IMG/VR virus record: IMGVR_UViG_3300015262_000011 | Direction: 5' to 3' (one strand) | DNA from: an uncultured virus (IMG/VR IMGVR_UViG_3300015262_000011) | Lineage: Duplodnaviria > Heunggongvirae > Uroviricota > Caudoviricetes | DNA length: 64,000 bases | In this document: positions 55,351 to 63,172 of the stretch, piece after piece | Position numbering within the stretch: position 1 is the stretch's first letter | How the letters are laid out: each line of letters begins with the position of its first letter | The notes under the pieces: model-generated | Seen by the model: only the letters and a program-made list of their open reading frames with translations | Databases searched by the model: none | What the model was told of the DNA's origin: nothing | Made by a program: the position numbers and the translations under genes

Positions 55351-55542
55351 TCAGCGGCTGCCGCGTTCACCGACGATGCGGTCCGCGACCGCCCTCACCT
55401 CCGGGGACAGCCCGTCGGTGGCGGCCTCGATGCGCCCGCGGCCCTCATCGGCACTCATCGAGCCCTGCTGCACGTACTCGCGGATACCAAGCACCTTCAG
55501 GGCAGCGGTTTCGCCCTCGGTCTCAACGGCACGGCTGATCAT
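55351..55542 (-). CDS. Small hypothetical protein
   Basis: AAGGAG RBS. Confidence 0.6.
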   Translation of the reverse strand: MISRAVETEGETAALKVLGIREYVQQGSMSADEGRGRIEAATDGLSPEVRAVADRIVGERGSR

Positions 55543-55572
55543 GTATGGCTCCTTCGATCGGATTCGGGTGGG

Positions 55573-55630
55573 TGGTGCGCGCCCCGGGCGGGAGTCGACC
55601 CCGCGCCCTCGCGGCGTGGTTGCCGGGGCT
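55573..55630 (-). ncRNA. tRNA-like intergenic element A
   Basis: AGCCCCGG..CC-GCGA-GG..GCGGGG-TCGAC-TCCCGC-CCGGGGC-GCGCACCA. Confidence 0.6.
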
Positions 55631-55643
55631 GGATGGTCGGGGA

Positions 55644-55826
55644 CTAGTCGACGGTGCGGTCGACGACGAAGCCGTCCGGCCGGGAGTGGCCGCGGACTTC
55701 CTCGACGGTGTAGCCGGGGTTGTCCTCGTACAGGTGGGCGTGCTGGCCGGTGACGAAGGTCGTGTCGTAGGGCGTGGTGACGCGGTGAGCGATCTCCTCG
55801 CCGGTGTTCTCGTCGCGGCGGAACAT
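55644..55826 (-). CDS. Small hypothetical protein
   Basis: GAGGAG RBS; MFRRDENT... Confidence 0.62.
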   Translation of the reverse strand: MFRRDENTGEEIAHRVTTPYDTTFVTGQHAHLYEDNPGYTVEEVRGHSRPDGFVVDRTVD

Positions 55827-55857
55827 GCGGTGCTCCTCTCGGGCCGGGTGGATGGTG

Positions 55858-55914
55858 TGGTGCGCGCCCCGGGCCGCAGTCGATGCGGCGCCCTCACGGC
55901 TGGATGCCGGGGCT
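55858..55914 (-). ncRNA. tRNA-like intergenic element B
   Basis: AGCCCCGG..CC-GTGA-GG..GCCGCA-TCGAC-TGCGGC-CCGGGGC-GCGCACCA. Confidence 0.6.
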
Positions 55915-55920
55915 GGAGGG

Positions 55921-56211
55921 TCAGACCATGTCGCGGTACTCGTCGACCAGATCGGCCGTCTTCGCCAGGCGTCGGACGGCCCGGCCGAGGAGGGCCTTGC
56001 GCTTGGCGCCGGTCTCATCGAGGGCATCGGCCAGGTAGGTGGCGGCAGCCCGAAAGGCGTCCGCGCCGTCGATGCCAGCGATGTCGCCCAGGTTGTAGGC
56101 GGCCTTGCCGAGCTGGTCGGCGAACTCCTGCGGGCTGGTGGCGGGTTCGGCACCGGCGGCGTAGGCGATGTCGTCGACGAACGGCGCGAGCACGGCGGGG
56201 GCGATGGTCAT
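55921..56211 (-). CDS. Hypothetical helical protein
   Basis: GGAG RBS; clean ORF. Confidence 0.68.
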   Translation of the reverse strand: MTIAPAVLAPFVDDIAYAAGAEPATSPQEFADQLGKAAYNLGDIAGIDGADAFRAAATYLADALDETGAKRKALLGRAVRRLAKTADLVDEYRDMV

Positions 56212-56216
56212 GACGG

Positions 56217-56384
56217 TCAGCGCTCCGTGGTCTGCTTGAAGGTCCAGCCGCCGGTCGTGGTGCCGAGGTTGCTCTCGGATTCCTCGCGGGCCTTGGCGAG
56301 GAACGGACTGTCGAACGTGCCGCGGTCCTGGCCGTTCTCGTCGGCGGCCTGGGTGGGCTCGTAGTCCTTCGAGTAGCTGGTCAT
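56217..56384 (-). CDS. Small hypothetical protein
   Basis: GGAAGGA RBS; MTSYSKDY... Confidence 0.6.
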   Translation of the reverse strand: MTSYSKDYEPTQAADENGQDRGTFDSPFLAKAREESESNLGTTTGGWTFKQTTER

Positions 56385-56416
56385 GTTGTCGGTCCTTCCA
56401 GTCGAATTCGGATAGG

Positions 56417-56474
56417 TGGTGCGCGCCCCGGCTTGCGGGTGAGGCGGCGGCCCGGGATCGGCCTGGCCGGGGCT
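56417..56474 (-). ncRNA. Element C (same outer stem and ACCA end as A and B, divergent core)
   Basis: AGCCCCGG...CCGGGGC-GCGCACCA, 58 nt. Confidence 0.45.
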
Positions 56475-56518
56475 GGGGCCGCGCCCCGCGGGGGATTCGG
56501 GGCGCGGCGGTCGGTGGG

Positions 56519-56932
56519 TCAGGCGGCGAGGGCCATGCGCGGCCCGTAGCGGCGGGCGAATGCGGCGGCCGTGGCCAGCAGGTCCAGGACCTCCGGCAGC
56601 GTGCGGGCCGCCTTGTCCTGCCACACGTCCAGATCGACGAACGGGGCGCCGAGGTGCGCGGCGAGGATCTGCTCCAGCAGGTCGACGCCGACCATCTGCG
56701 TGTCCTCGTCGTGCAGAGCGTCGAGGCGCACCTGGCGCAGTGCGTCGACGAGCTGCCGGTAGGAGCCGGGCCCGTACACCTGCGGATCCCAGTTGTCGCG
56801 GCGCATCAACTGGGCTGCCGCGGCCAGGTGGGCGGCCACCGCATCGCCGGTGACGCGCTCACCGGACAGGCCGAACCAAGTGGCGGAATCGATACGGGAC
56901 GCTGCGACACGGGCCGCGAACTCGAAAGACAT
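56519..56932 (-). CDS. DUF6197-like protein
   Basis: HL.AAA.LM...W; W.D...RT..EVL.LL..AA. Confidence 0.65.
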   Translation of the reverse strand: MSFEFAARVAASRIDSATWFGLSGERVTGDAVAAHLAAAAQLMRRDNWDPQVYGPGSYRQLVDALRQVRLDALHDEDTQMVGVDLLEQILAAHLGAPFVDLDVWQDKAARTLPEVLDLLATAAAFARRYGPRMALAA

Positions 56933-56987
56933 GGCGGGGCTGCTTTCTGAACGAAGGGATGTGGGGGTCAGGCGGTGGTGCGGGCGG

Positions 56988-57221
56988 TTACCAGTCCTCG
57001 CCGGGCATGCGGCCCTCACGAAGGGCGGCAGCCTCCTCGCGATACTCCTGGGCGTGGTTGCGGGCGAACCGGGCGGCGGTGCGGGCCTGCGCCTGAATGG
57101 CGGGGCTGTTGTTCGGGTCCACGGCGGCGGCATCACCGGAAGCGGCGGCACGGTCCGAACGGGCAGCAGACTTCTCGCGGTCTTCGGCGAGCTCGTTCAT
57201 CTGGCGGCGGGAAAGACGCAT
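56988..57221 (-). CDS. Small helical protein
   Basis: GAGGAG RBS. Confidence 0.62.
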   Translation of the reverse strand: MRLSRRQMNELAEDREKSAARSDRAAASGDAAAVDPNNSPAIQAQARTAARFARNHAQEYREEAAALREGRMPGEDW

Positions 57222-57326
57222 AGCGGGGCTCCTCAACTGGTCATGCCGGAATGGGTGGGGTGGTGCGGGGTGGAAAGCCGCGGCGGCGGGACGGGGGTGG
57301 ACACCGCCGCCGCGGCAGATCGGGGG

Positions 57327-57482
57327 CTAGCGGGGCCGGCTCTCGGACCGCTTGTTGGCTTCGGCGACCTTGCGGCTGAGTTCCTTGTGGCCGTCGTCGT
57401 CCAGGCAGAGGACGAAGCCGGGATGCCCGCCGCGGGGCCGCTTCGGAAGCTCGTCCTTCGTCTTCTCGTGCTCGGCGCTCAC
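57327..57482 (-). CDS. Small hypothetical protein
   Basis: GTGA overlap; SAEHEKTKDELPKRPRG... Confidence 0.5.
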   Translation of the reverse strand: MSAEHEKTKDELPKRPRGGHPGFVLCLDDDGHKELSRKVAEANKRSESRPR

Positions 57483-57667
57483 CGCTGCTCACCGGCCTCG
57501 GCCTGGAGAACCACGTGGAACGCGTCGTCCTCCAGGACCATCACGACCTCGGCCGCCAGGCCCTCCAGGCGGCGGGCGTGAGCGAACTCCTCGGCCGGGA
57601 ACTGGCCGCGCGGGCCGCCGGCGGGGAAACGCTCAAGGACCGTGCGGGCGGGGGTTGCGGTGGCCAT
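57479..57667 (-). CDS. Small hypothetical protein
   Basis: VLERFPAGGPRG.FPAEEFA..RR..G..AEVVM. Confidence 0.68.
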   Translation of the reverse strand: MATATPARTVLERFPAGGPRGQFPAEEFAHARRLEGLAAEVVMVLEDDAFHVVLQAEAGEQR

Positions 57668-57954
57668 CAGAACCACCGCCGCTTCGGCTTCGGCGCAACG
57701 TCGGCCTCGGCCTGGTTCGCCGTGGCCCGCAGGCCGCGTGCACGACCCCGCTGACGGTCCGCTTCACGCCGGGCCCGCTCCGCCTTCGCCGGATCCGTGT
57801 AGTCGCGGCCCTGACGGCTGTACACGTCGGCGGTCATCTGCTGCTGCTCCGCCTGCTGCTCGGCGGAGTACGCCATCCGACGCAGAGCCGGAGCCTGCCG
57901 GGCCGCGTACCGCTGCTCCTCCGTCTGCATGTCACTGAACGTGCGGCGGGCCAT
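57667..57954 (-). CDS. Helical hypothetical protein
   Basis: TGATG coupling; ends PKPKRRWF. Confidence 0.65.
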   Translation of the reverse strand: MARRTFSDMQTEEQRYAARQAPALRRMAYSAEQQAEQQQMTADVYSRQGRDYTDPAKAERARREADRQRGRARGLRATANQAEADVAPKPKRRWF

Positions 57955-58160
57955 CAGACGCCACCGCCGATCAAGTCCAGGCGGCCGGCCTGCTCCAACT
58001 GGCAGCGACACATCGCCATCTCGTCCTGGTCACGCAGACACTGCTCGATGTTCCCGGCGGCCGAAGCAGCCGAGCAGTGCGCGGCGACGGCCTCGTACCG
58101 TGCGGCCATCTCCGCCGGAGTCGACGGAAGCGGGGCGGTGAGGCGGGTGGGGGTGCTCAT
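57954..58160 (-). CDS. Small hypothetical protein
   Basis: DEMAMCRCQL..AGRLDLI; ATGA overlap. Confidence 0.68.
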   Translation of the reverse strand: MSTPTRLTAPLPSTPAEMAARYEAVAAHCSAASAAGNIEQCLRDQDEMAMCRCQLEQAGRLDLIGGGV

Positions 58161-58402
58161 GACGCGACCTCCGTCGGGTTGATCAGAGAGTCATTGAGGT
58201 ACGCCTCGACAGCGGAGGCGGGGATGCGGATTGCTCCGCCACGTCGGATCTCGCCCTCGACTCGGGGCTGTCCGTACTGGATCGACGGCAGGTATCCGCT
58301 GGCAGCCCAGCGGTAGACGGTCGGCTTGGAGACCCGCAGCAACTTTGCGGTCTCCGCCACAGTGAGCAGCTTTTGGGCCGCAGGCAGCATCTGGCTCTCC
58401 AA
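58157..58402 (-). CDS. Excisionase-like HTH_17 (Cro-position) protein
   Basis: LLTVAETAKLLRVSKPTVYRWAASGYLP...IRIP..AV. Confidence 0.85.
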   Translation of the reverse strand: MESQMLPAAQKLLTVAETAKLLRVSKPTVYRWAASGYLPSIQYGQPRVEGEIRRGGAIRIPASAVEAYLNDSLINPTEVAS

Positions 58403-58423
58403 TCCAGGAGTGGGGGTTGGACT

Positions 58424-58556
58424 GACTTCTCTACTGTGCGACGTCTCTTGATAGGTGTCAACCGTCTCGCCCGCTCAGACCGCTCTCGTAAGCCCCGCAG
58501 CCCCGCGTGAACTGGCCTTATGGTTGAGAAATTGCTGGATGCCTCAAGAGAAGTCG
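58424..58556. promoter_or_regulatory. Divergent switch region with repeated operator
   Basis: Minus-strand TTGACA (58456-58461)-17 nt-CACAGT; CGACGTCTCTTGA (58439-58451) vs TCAAGAGAAGTCG (58544-58556) inverted with one mismatch; partial copy GACTTCTCT at 58424. Confidence 0.65.
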
Positions 58557-58575
58557 CCTACTGGAGGAGCCCGAA

Positions 58576-59112
58576 GTGGCGGAAGCACGCTGGACTGGAT
58601 CATCAGCGCCCTATCTCGAAAGTGGACAGGGCGACGTCTGGGGTAAAGAGGCCGCAGCTCAGGGACGATCCGGTACCCAGCAGATCCTGAGCGCAGGCGA
58701 GGTTCCGGCGCCGCAAGAAGTCGCAACTCGGCTGCACATAGAACCCGGCGCGCCAGTCGTCGCCAGGCAGAGGCTGATCCAGATGGACGGTCAGCCGATT
58801 GAGTTGGCCAACTCCTACTGGCCCCCCGGAATCGCATCGGGGACGGCGCTTGCCGAGACCGGAAAGGTCCGAGGTGGCGCCGTCTCACTGCTGGCAAGCC
58901 TCGGCTACGAGCCCGGCGCCGTTGCGGAGGAAGTCGGCACGCGCCCACCCACCAAGGAAGAGGCGCAGGTACTGCAACTCGCCGACAACCGCGAGTGGGT
59001 ACTCACCCTCACCCGCGCAATCACCACCCCTGACGGGCGCCCCTACGAGGTGTCGGTCATGGTCAGCCCCGGCCGCATTGGGCGGCTCCACTACTCAATG
59101 AAGGTCGACTGA
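58576..59112 (+). CDS. Stand-alone UTRA-domain protein (no HTH)
   Basis: VVARQRL...DGQPIELANSYWP...EEV.TRPPT.EEA..L...VL...R.....GRPYEV. Confidence 0.85.
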   Translation: MAEARWTGSSAPYLESGQGDVWGKEAAAQGRSGTQQILSAGEVPAPQEVATRLHIEPGAPVVARQRLIQMDGQPIELANSYWPPGIASGTALAETGKVRGGAVSLLASLGYEPGAVAEEVGTRPPTKEEAQVLQLADNREWVLTLTRAITTPDGRPYEVSVMVSPGRIGRLHYSMKVD

Positions 59113-59113
59113 C

Positions 59114-59875
59114 ATGCCCGATGAGCACGAGGAAGAGAGCGTCTGGCCCGTCCAGGATCAGATCGCCGCATACCTCCGCGACAGAATCCTGAACGGCGAC
59201 ATCGTTCCTGACGGGAGGCTGCCGTCGAGCCGCGAACTGCACACCCAGTTCGGTGCCGCCGCGCAGACCATCAAGAACGCCATGACGATCCTGGAGAAAG
59301 AGGGGCTCGTCTACTCACGGCGGGGCGCTGGCGTGTACGCGAGGCAGCACCGACAGCGCACGATGGAACCGGCGAGCTACAAGAATCCGCCAGGTGACGG
59401 CGGCACGTACCAGTGGATCGCTGCGGCCAACCGAAAGGGCCTCGCAGGGAGGAGTGACCTGCTCGCCGTTGAGGAGGTCGTCCCCCCGGCGGCCGTGCGA
59501 GACGCCTTCGGGCTCGGCGAAGACGAGAAGGTGCTGCTGCGTCGACAGGTTCTCCACCTGGACGATCAACCCTGCGAGCTGGTCGAGGTCTACATCCCTC
59601 TGGACCTGGCCCGAGGTACGCCCATCGCCGAGAACCGCAAGATCAGGGGCGGCGTGGGGCGCATCCTCATGGAGGCTGGCCTGCCGCCGCTGCGATGCGT
59701 GGACAAGGTGGCGGCGCGGTGGCCGACTCCAGAACAGGCCAAGGCGTTGCAGATGCCGACCAAGCTGCCCGTGCTGCGCCAGTTCCGGGTGACCTACAGC
59801 GTGGACGACAGGCCCATCCAGGCCGAGGTGATGGCAAAGGCGGGTCACCTGTACGAGTTGCAGTACGAGTTCTGA
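59114..59875 (+). CDS. GntR/HutC-family repressor (KorSA/TraR-like)
   Basis: QIAAYLRDRI..G...GRLPSSREL..FG....TI..A...L..EGLV.SRRGAGVY plus C-terminal UTRA. Confidence 0.92.
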   Translation: MPDEHEEESVWPVQDQIAAYLRDRILNGDIVPDGRLPSSRELHTQFGAAAQTIKNAMTILEKEGLVYSRRGAGVYARQHRQRTMEPASYKNPPGDGGTYQWIAAANRKGLAGRSDLLAVEEVVPPAAVRDAFGLGEDEKVLLRRQVLHLDDQPCELVEVYIPLDLARGTPIAENRKIRGGVGRILMEAGLPPLRCVDKVAARWPTPEQAKALQMPTKLPVLRQFRVTYSVDDRPIQAEVMAKAGHLYELQYEF

Positions 59876-59887
59876 CCAGCCTGGACG

Positions 59888-59919
59888 TAAGCCCCGATGC
59901 TCGCCGCGTCGGGGCTTTG
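59888..59919 (+). terminator. Terminator after GntR gene
   Basis: AAGCCCCGATGC...GCGTCGGGGCTTT. Confidence 0.65.
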
Positions 59920-60017
59920 ATGCATTCATAGGCAAACGAGAGCTTGCAAACCTCTCAACGAACCTCTTACAGTCGATCCCGAGAGTGGCTCACGCCACAC
60001 GCTCAGTTAGGAGCGGT

Positions 60018-60521
60018 ATGCCTGAATCTCTCGGCCTTGACCCCCTCAGCGTTCCGCACCGTGCGGAATGGCTGGACGAAGTCCCGCACGACCTCTACCC
60101 GTGGTCGATGCCCGCGCGCTACTACCTCGGCACCGCGAACGGATGCCGGTCCGTCAGCGAGGGCTACTTCTACGCGACCCGAGATTCGTCTCCTGGTCGA
60201 GTTCACCTGCGCAAGAAGGCCATCTTCAGGAACGAGTTGGAGATCGCCCGCAACTGCAAGCACCTGCCGAAGGTTCGCACCGCCCTGTATCGGCTCCGCA
60301 CCTCAACCGGCGAACTGCTCTATGTCGGCATCAGCGGCACACCCTTCCGGCGCTGGGTCGAGCACTCCGCCGACAAGGATTGGTGGCCCGACGTGGCCGA
60401 ATGCTCCCTGGAGTGGCTCGACTCCCGCCCGGCCGCGTTGCTGGCCGAGGCCTCCGTCATCCGCGCAGAGCACCCGATCCATAACGTGGTGCACAACGAC
60501 GCGACCGAGAACCCCCAGTAA
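60018..60521 (+). CDS. GIY-YIG-family nuclease-like protein
   Basis: ALYRL....ELLYVGIS..P..RW.EH...W...E..VI..E.P.HN. Confidence 0.82.
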   Translation: MPESLGLDPLSVPHRAEWLDEVPHDLYPWSMPARYYLGTANGCRSVSEGYFYATRDSSPGRVHLRKKAIFRNELEIARNCKHLPKVRTALYRLRTSTGELLYVGISGTPFRRWVEHSADKDWWPDVAECSLEWLDSRPAALLAEASVIRAEHPIHNVVHNDATENPQ

Positions 60522-60614
60522 CGCGAACGGCCGGGCGTGTCACCGCCCGGCCAGTTCATCCACGGCGAGTCCTACCTCGCCGCTCAACCCACTCACGCCT
60601 GAGAAAGGTCTGAC

Positions 60615-61073
60615 ATGACTGTAGCAAGCCTCCCCACCCAGATCCCTGCGACGTCCACCACTCCCCCGCCCCGGACGTGGTCGTTCATCAACCGCCACAC
60701 GGGCGAGCCGACCGTCTATGCGTGTATGACTGGCTGCACAATCGACCACTCCCACGAGATGGGCCGGGACGTCTTCCCGGAGGACGTGTGGTGCTGGTTC
60801 TGGTCGGAGCCGTTGACGCTGCCGGTCAACGAGAACGGCACCCCGGAGGAGTTCCGCGTCCTGTCCACGGTCATCAAGGTCGAGCCGCACTCCCCCACCA
60901 TCGCGCAGCGCCTCCCCTACGCCACGATCGAGCTCGTCGACGACCACTTCATCGAGGGCCTCGACCCGGACGGGCTGGAAACCGTCATCAACACCTTCGC
61001 GGCCCGCCTCGACCAGATGCGGGAGACGCACGCCAAGCTGGTGCGCGTTCGCGAGGAATACCGAACGCGATAA
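60615..61073 (+). CDS. DUF6907-like protein
   Basis: C..GC..DH...PEDVWC; LDPDGL..VI. Confidence 0.7.
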   Translation: MTVASLPTQIPATSTTPPPRTWSFINRHTGEPTVYACMTGCTIDHSHEMGRDVFPEDVWCWFWSEPLTLPVNENGTPEEFRVLSTVIKVEPHSPTIAQRLPYATIELVDDHFIEGLDPDGLETVINTFAARLDQMRETHAKLVRVREEYRTR

Positions 61074-61271
61074 CAGTCAATTGACGCCCGGATTACGCCA
61101 CTTCAGGCGCGGGTGTCACATAGAATTATCTGTAAAACGGCTAGCGGCCGGATGGGGGCGAATCCATCCGGCCGCTTTTCGTAAGAGCCGTGCTCAACCA
61201 CTGCCAGAAAGTCGAGCACTACGAATGACTCTACAGATCAACTTGCGGCGCCGCTACACCAGGGCGCCCGA

Positions 61272-62084
61272 GTGAAGATCATACGCACCATGCCACCGGA
61301 GGGGTGGGTGCCCGTATCCAACGCGACGGCGCAGCAGCGGCGCCTCAGTTGGCGCGCGAAGGGCCTGCTGGTCGACCTGCTCAGCTTCCCGGACGGCTAC
61401 CACGTCACGTTCGACAAGCTGATGAACCTCGCCAAGTTGGCCGGCGATCCGGACGTTGAGGGGCGCGACGCCATGCGGCGGGCGATGCAGGAGCTGGAGA
61501 GGAAGGGCTACCTCTCGCACCGGCGTGTCAAGGTCGAGGACCCGAAGCCGGGCGGGCAGCGGTGGCGCACCGAAACAGCGATCTGCGATGAGCCCGTCTT
61601 CGCTGAGAATCCTGGAGGTACGGGTTTCCAGGAGGCCCAGGGTTCAGTACCCCCAGACTTCGGGACGTCCAAGGATCAGGAGGTCTTTAACAACACGGGG
61701 TTTAACAAGAATGATCAGCAGCAAGAAGAGCCTGGCAAACATTCCGCCTCACTCGCTCTCGCTCGCGAGGGGCAGCAGGCCCGCCAGCGAAATCGCGAGG
61801 ACCGTCGCGCCCAACTCGACCGCCTCTACGAAGCGGCGAACCACCTCGACGATGAGCGGCTTCGACGCCTGCTGCTGCAGTTCGAGCAGAAGCGTCGGCG
61901 GATCTACCGGGACTGCCGGAACGACGCAATCAGTCAGCTGAATCGAGAGGACCCGCTGATCCTCAAGGGCTCTCAGTCAGTTCGGGCGATCGACCTGTTG
62001 AGCTACAAGTACGCGTTGCAGCATTACGCGGAGAAGGGGCTGCCTGCGTGGCTGGTCCGCTTCCCGTTGCGCGCGGTCGCCTGA
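61272..62084 (+). CDS. Phage-type replication initiator (winged-helix N-terminus)
   Basis: W..VSN...RRLSWRAKGLL..LLS.PDG...EGRDA.RRAM.ELE..GYL; low-complexity linker. Confidence 0.78.
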   Translation: MKIIRTMPPEGWVPVSNATAQQRRLSWRAKGLLVDLLSFPDGYHVTFDKLMNLAKLAGDPDVEGRDAMRRAMQELERKGYLSHRRVKVEDPKPGGQRWRTETAICDEPVFAENPGGTGFQEAQGSVPPDFGTSKDQEVFNNTGFNKNDQQQEEPGKHSASLALAREGQQARQRNREDRRAQLDRLYEAANHLDDERLRRLLLQFEQKRRRIYRDCRNDAISQLNREDPLILKGSQSVRAIDLLSYKYALQHYAEKGLPAWLVRFPLRAVA

Positions 62085-62095
62085 CGGTGCAGCAA

Positions 62096-62127
62096 GAAGC
62101 CCCCGCCCGAGATCCGGGCGGGGGCTT
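62096..62127. terminator. Bidirectional terminator
   Basis: AAGCCCCCGCCCG-agatc-CGGGCGGGGGCTT. Confidence 0.7.
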
Positions 62128-62137
62128 GAGCGTCTGG

Positions 62138-62416
62138 CTACGTCGCGGACTCCTCGCCGGCCCGTTTGCCGGTGGTGCGCCCTTCGGCGATTTGGTGTGC
62201 GCGGACGCGGCTGGTGCCGATGGCTTTGCCGATGTCGGCGTAGCTGAGTCCGTCGTCGTGCATCTCCTGGACGGCTCGCTGCCGGACTTGCCGCAGCCAG
62301 TGCTGGAGCTCGGGGACGGCGTTGAGGGCGGCGCCTACGGTCTTGGCGCGCTCGGTCGCGTCGCCTTCTTCCGCCAGGTGCTTGAGGTTCTCGAAGGGGC
62401 TTGGTGGCGTCGTCAT
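62138..62416 (-). CDS. Small HTH regulator
   Basis: RQRAVQEMH..GLSYADIGKAIGTSRVRAHQI; TACACT shortly before ATG. Confidence 0.8.
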   Translation of the reverse strand: MTTPPSPFENLKHLAEEGDATERAKTVGAALNAVPELQHWLRQVRQRAVQEMHDDGLSYADIGKAIGTSRVRAHQIAEGRTTGKRAGEESAT

Positions 62417-62424
62417 GAGCCCAG

Positions 62425-62467
62425 TGTAGGGGGGAGGGTTGACATTGTCAGGGGTACCCCCTACATT
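62425..62467. promoter_or_regulatory. Divergent promoter with operator
   Basis: TTGACA (62439)-17 nt-TACATT; TGTAGGGG/CCCCTACA inverted repeat. Confidence 0.72.
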
Positions 62468-62503
62468 TGAAGTATCGAGAGGGACGGCAATAAGGAGACG
62501 GAA

Positions 62504-62902
62504 ATGAAGCTCTACGAGCGCACCGAGAACGGCACCACCACCCGCATCCCGCTCGCCGAGGGCCTGGCCGTCATCAACTACGCCCAGATGGACGGCAAGC
62601 GCTTCGTCCGCTCGATGAGCTACGCCGGCGGTCACGCCGAGATCGAGTACAAGAACGGCATCAAGGTCACGCTCCGCCAGGTCGAGGTCAAGGACCCCTC
62701 CGAGCCGGCTGAGTGGTCCGGCACTCACAGCAACGGTGCCTACCTGCACCGCTTCGACCCCGAGACGCTGCGAGGCCGCTGCAACAAGGGCTTCCGCCCG
62801 GCCCGTCATGCTGACGGCTACCGGCTCCGCGCCCGCACTGAGATCGAGGCCAGCGAGTACGCGCACCTGTACACCTACTGCCCGAGCTGCGAGGCGAAGT
62901 AG
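62504..62902 (+). CDS. Hypothetical protein
   Basis: TAAGGAG RBS; C-terminal CPSC. Confidence 0.75.
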   Translation: MKLYERTENGTTTRIPLAEGLAVINYAQMDGKRFVRSMSYAGGHAEIEYKNGIKVTLRQVEVKDPSEPAEWSGTHSNGAYLHRFDPETLRGRCNKGFRPARHADGYRLRARTEIEASEYAHLYTYCPSCEAK

Positions 62903-62959
62903 TTGACCGGCCCGGGAGCCGCATGGCTCCCGGGCCCCGACCGAGGGACGAGGGAGCAC

Positions 62960-63172
62960 ATGGCACTGAAGGACGAAATCCGGTTCGTCAGCCCAATCGG
63001 GCAACGCGTGAAAGCGTGGACTGGGCCGAGGGCAGACAGGACCGGGGAGATCAAGCGCGTGGACGGACTGCACTTCGTTTACATCCTGTTCGATGGGGAT
63101 GAGCGCGAGGTTCACTACCCGCGCAAGGACATCAGCCGACTGGACCTGCTCAAGCAGTGGGGGCGGGCATGA
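62960..63172 (+). CDS. Small SH3-like hypothetical protein
   Basis: GGGAG RBS; IGQRV...TGEI...VYILFD. Confidence 0.6.
   Translation: MALKDEIRFVSPIGQRVKAWTGPRADRTGEIKRVDGLHFVYILFDGDEREVHYPRKDISRLDLLKQWGRA

Noticed and set aside
55573..56474. Repeats considered as a CRISPR array or true tRNA genes
   Set aside because: Intervals are protein-coding genes of unequal length, no cas genes are present, and there is no D-arm or proper anticodon arm
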